Origin: an uncultured Sphaerochaeta sp.
GTDB taxonomy: Bacteria > Spirochaetota > Spirochaetia > Sphaerochaetales > Sphaerochaetaceae
Direction of reading: 5' to 3'
Length of the DNA: 64,000 nucleotides
Assembly: GCF_963677315.2 (NCBI RefSeq)
Contig: NZ_CAXXMJ010000002.1
Span: 516,006 to 580,005, forward strand
Part shown: positions 63,685 to 64,000 of the stretch, in pieces
Layout of the letters: every line of letters starts with the position of its first letter
How positions within the stretch are numbered: the first letter of the stretch is position 1
Program-made: the position numbers and the translations under genes
The notes under the pieces: model-generated
What the model was told of the DNA's origin: nothing
What the model saw: only the letters and a program-made list of their open reading frames with translations
Database searches by the model: none

Positions 63685-64000
63685 AACTAACCAATACCGG
63701 ATTACAGAACAGAAGCGAATGGGAAGACAAGGGGTATATCCTGCCATCCTATGATCGCGCATCAATGGTACAGAAGACGGAGAAGCAACCTACCTGGGTG
63801 CATTTTGGTGCAGGAAACATTTTCCGTATTTTCCCCGCAGCACTCCAACAGAGACTCCTTAGTAAAGGACTTGCAGAGACAGGCATCATCGTAGGGGAAG
63901 GCTTTGACTACCAGATCATCGACGAGGTCTATGAGAAACACGACAATATGACCCTGATGGTAACCCTCAAGAGTGATGGATCAATCGCCAAGGAGGTCAT
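63681..64000 (+). CDS. Mannitol-dehydrogenase-family oxidoreductase (fructuronate/mannonate oxidoreductase-like), 3' end cut by window edge
   Basis: Not in the ORF track because it is open at the window end. My translation is MKLTNTGLQNRSEWEDKGYILPSY...PTWVHFGAGNIFRIFPAALQQRLL, which has an N-terminal Rossmann motif typical of long-chain mannitol dehydrogenases. The ATG overlaps the GntR TGA, and GGAGG lies upstream. Confidence 0.65.
   Translation, partial: MKLTNTGLQNRSEWEDKGYILPSYDRASMVQKTEKQPTWVHFGAGNIFRIFPAALQQRLLSKGLAETGIIVGEGFDYQIIDEVYEKHDNMTLMVTLKSDGSIAKEV

Overview
This is a gene-dense chromosomal segment with about 50 CDS, dominated by sugar uptake and catabolism. The taxon cannot be fixed from sequence alone. 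Genes use AGGAG-type Shine-Dalgarno sites and many are translationally coupled. Family calls rest on motifs read by eye and on alignments to E. coli proteins recalled from memory; no searches were run.

Content from left to right:
- ltaE, an EFR1-type ferredoxin and patB.
- A XylR-type regulator with fsa and an SGNH esterase, divergent from an aldo-keto reductase and a Zn-ADH.
- A CUT2 (MglBAC-like) ABC transporter with a LacI regulator.
- An orphan SWIM-SNF2 helicase.
- A ~16-kb minus-strand rhamnose supercluster: rhaSTPQ-rhaM, then deoR, E2, E3, fused E1, a PHP protein, an SDR, a long MDR dehydrogenase and rhaB.
- A visibly AT-richer module: a CUT1 ABC transporter, a 1041-aa cytoplasmic glycosidase and a LeuCD-like hydro-lyase.
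- rhaA, a class II aldolase and a BASS transporter, with a divergent AraC regulator.
- fucU and fucI, then a polytopic membrane protein.
- addB, addA and dlgD.
- A CPBP protease, an MccF-like peptidase, enolase, a UPF0158-GNAT protein, a nagB-like gene, and uxuA, a GntR regulator and a mannitol-dehydrogenase-family gene.

No rRNA, tRNA, CRISPR array, transposase or integrase was seen.

Main leads:
1. Rhamnulokinase is co-operonic with a SorE-like reductase, an SrlD-like SDR, a PHP protein and a complete acetoin/2-oxoacid-dehydrogenase-type complex. This may be a non-aldolase route for 6-deoxyhexulose phosphate.
2. A 31-61 nt motif occurs three times, ahead of the three rhamnose-linked units.
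3. An aconitase-family LeuCD-like pair is co-transcribed with a glycosidase and an oligosaccharide transporter.
4. The same LacI-type palindrome sits upstream of the CUT2 transporter and of fucI.
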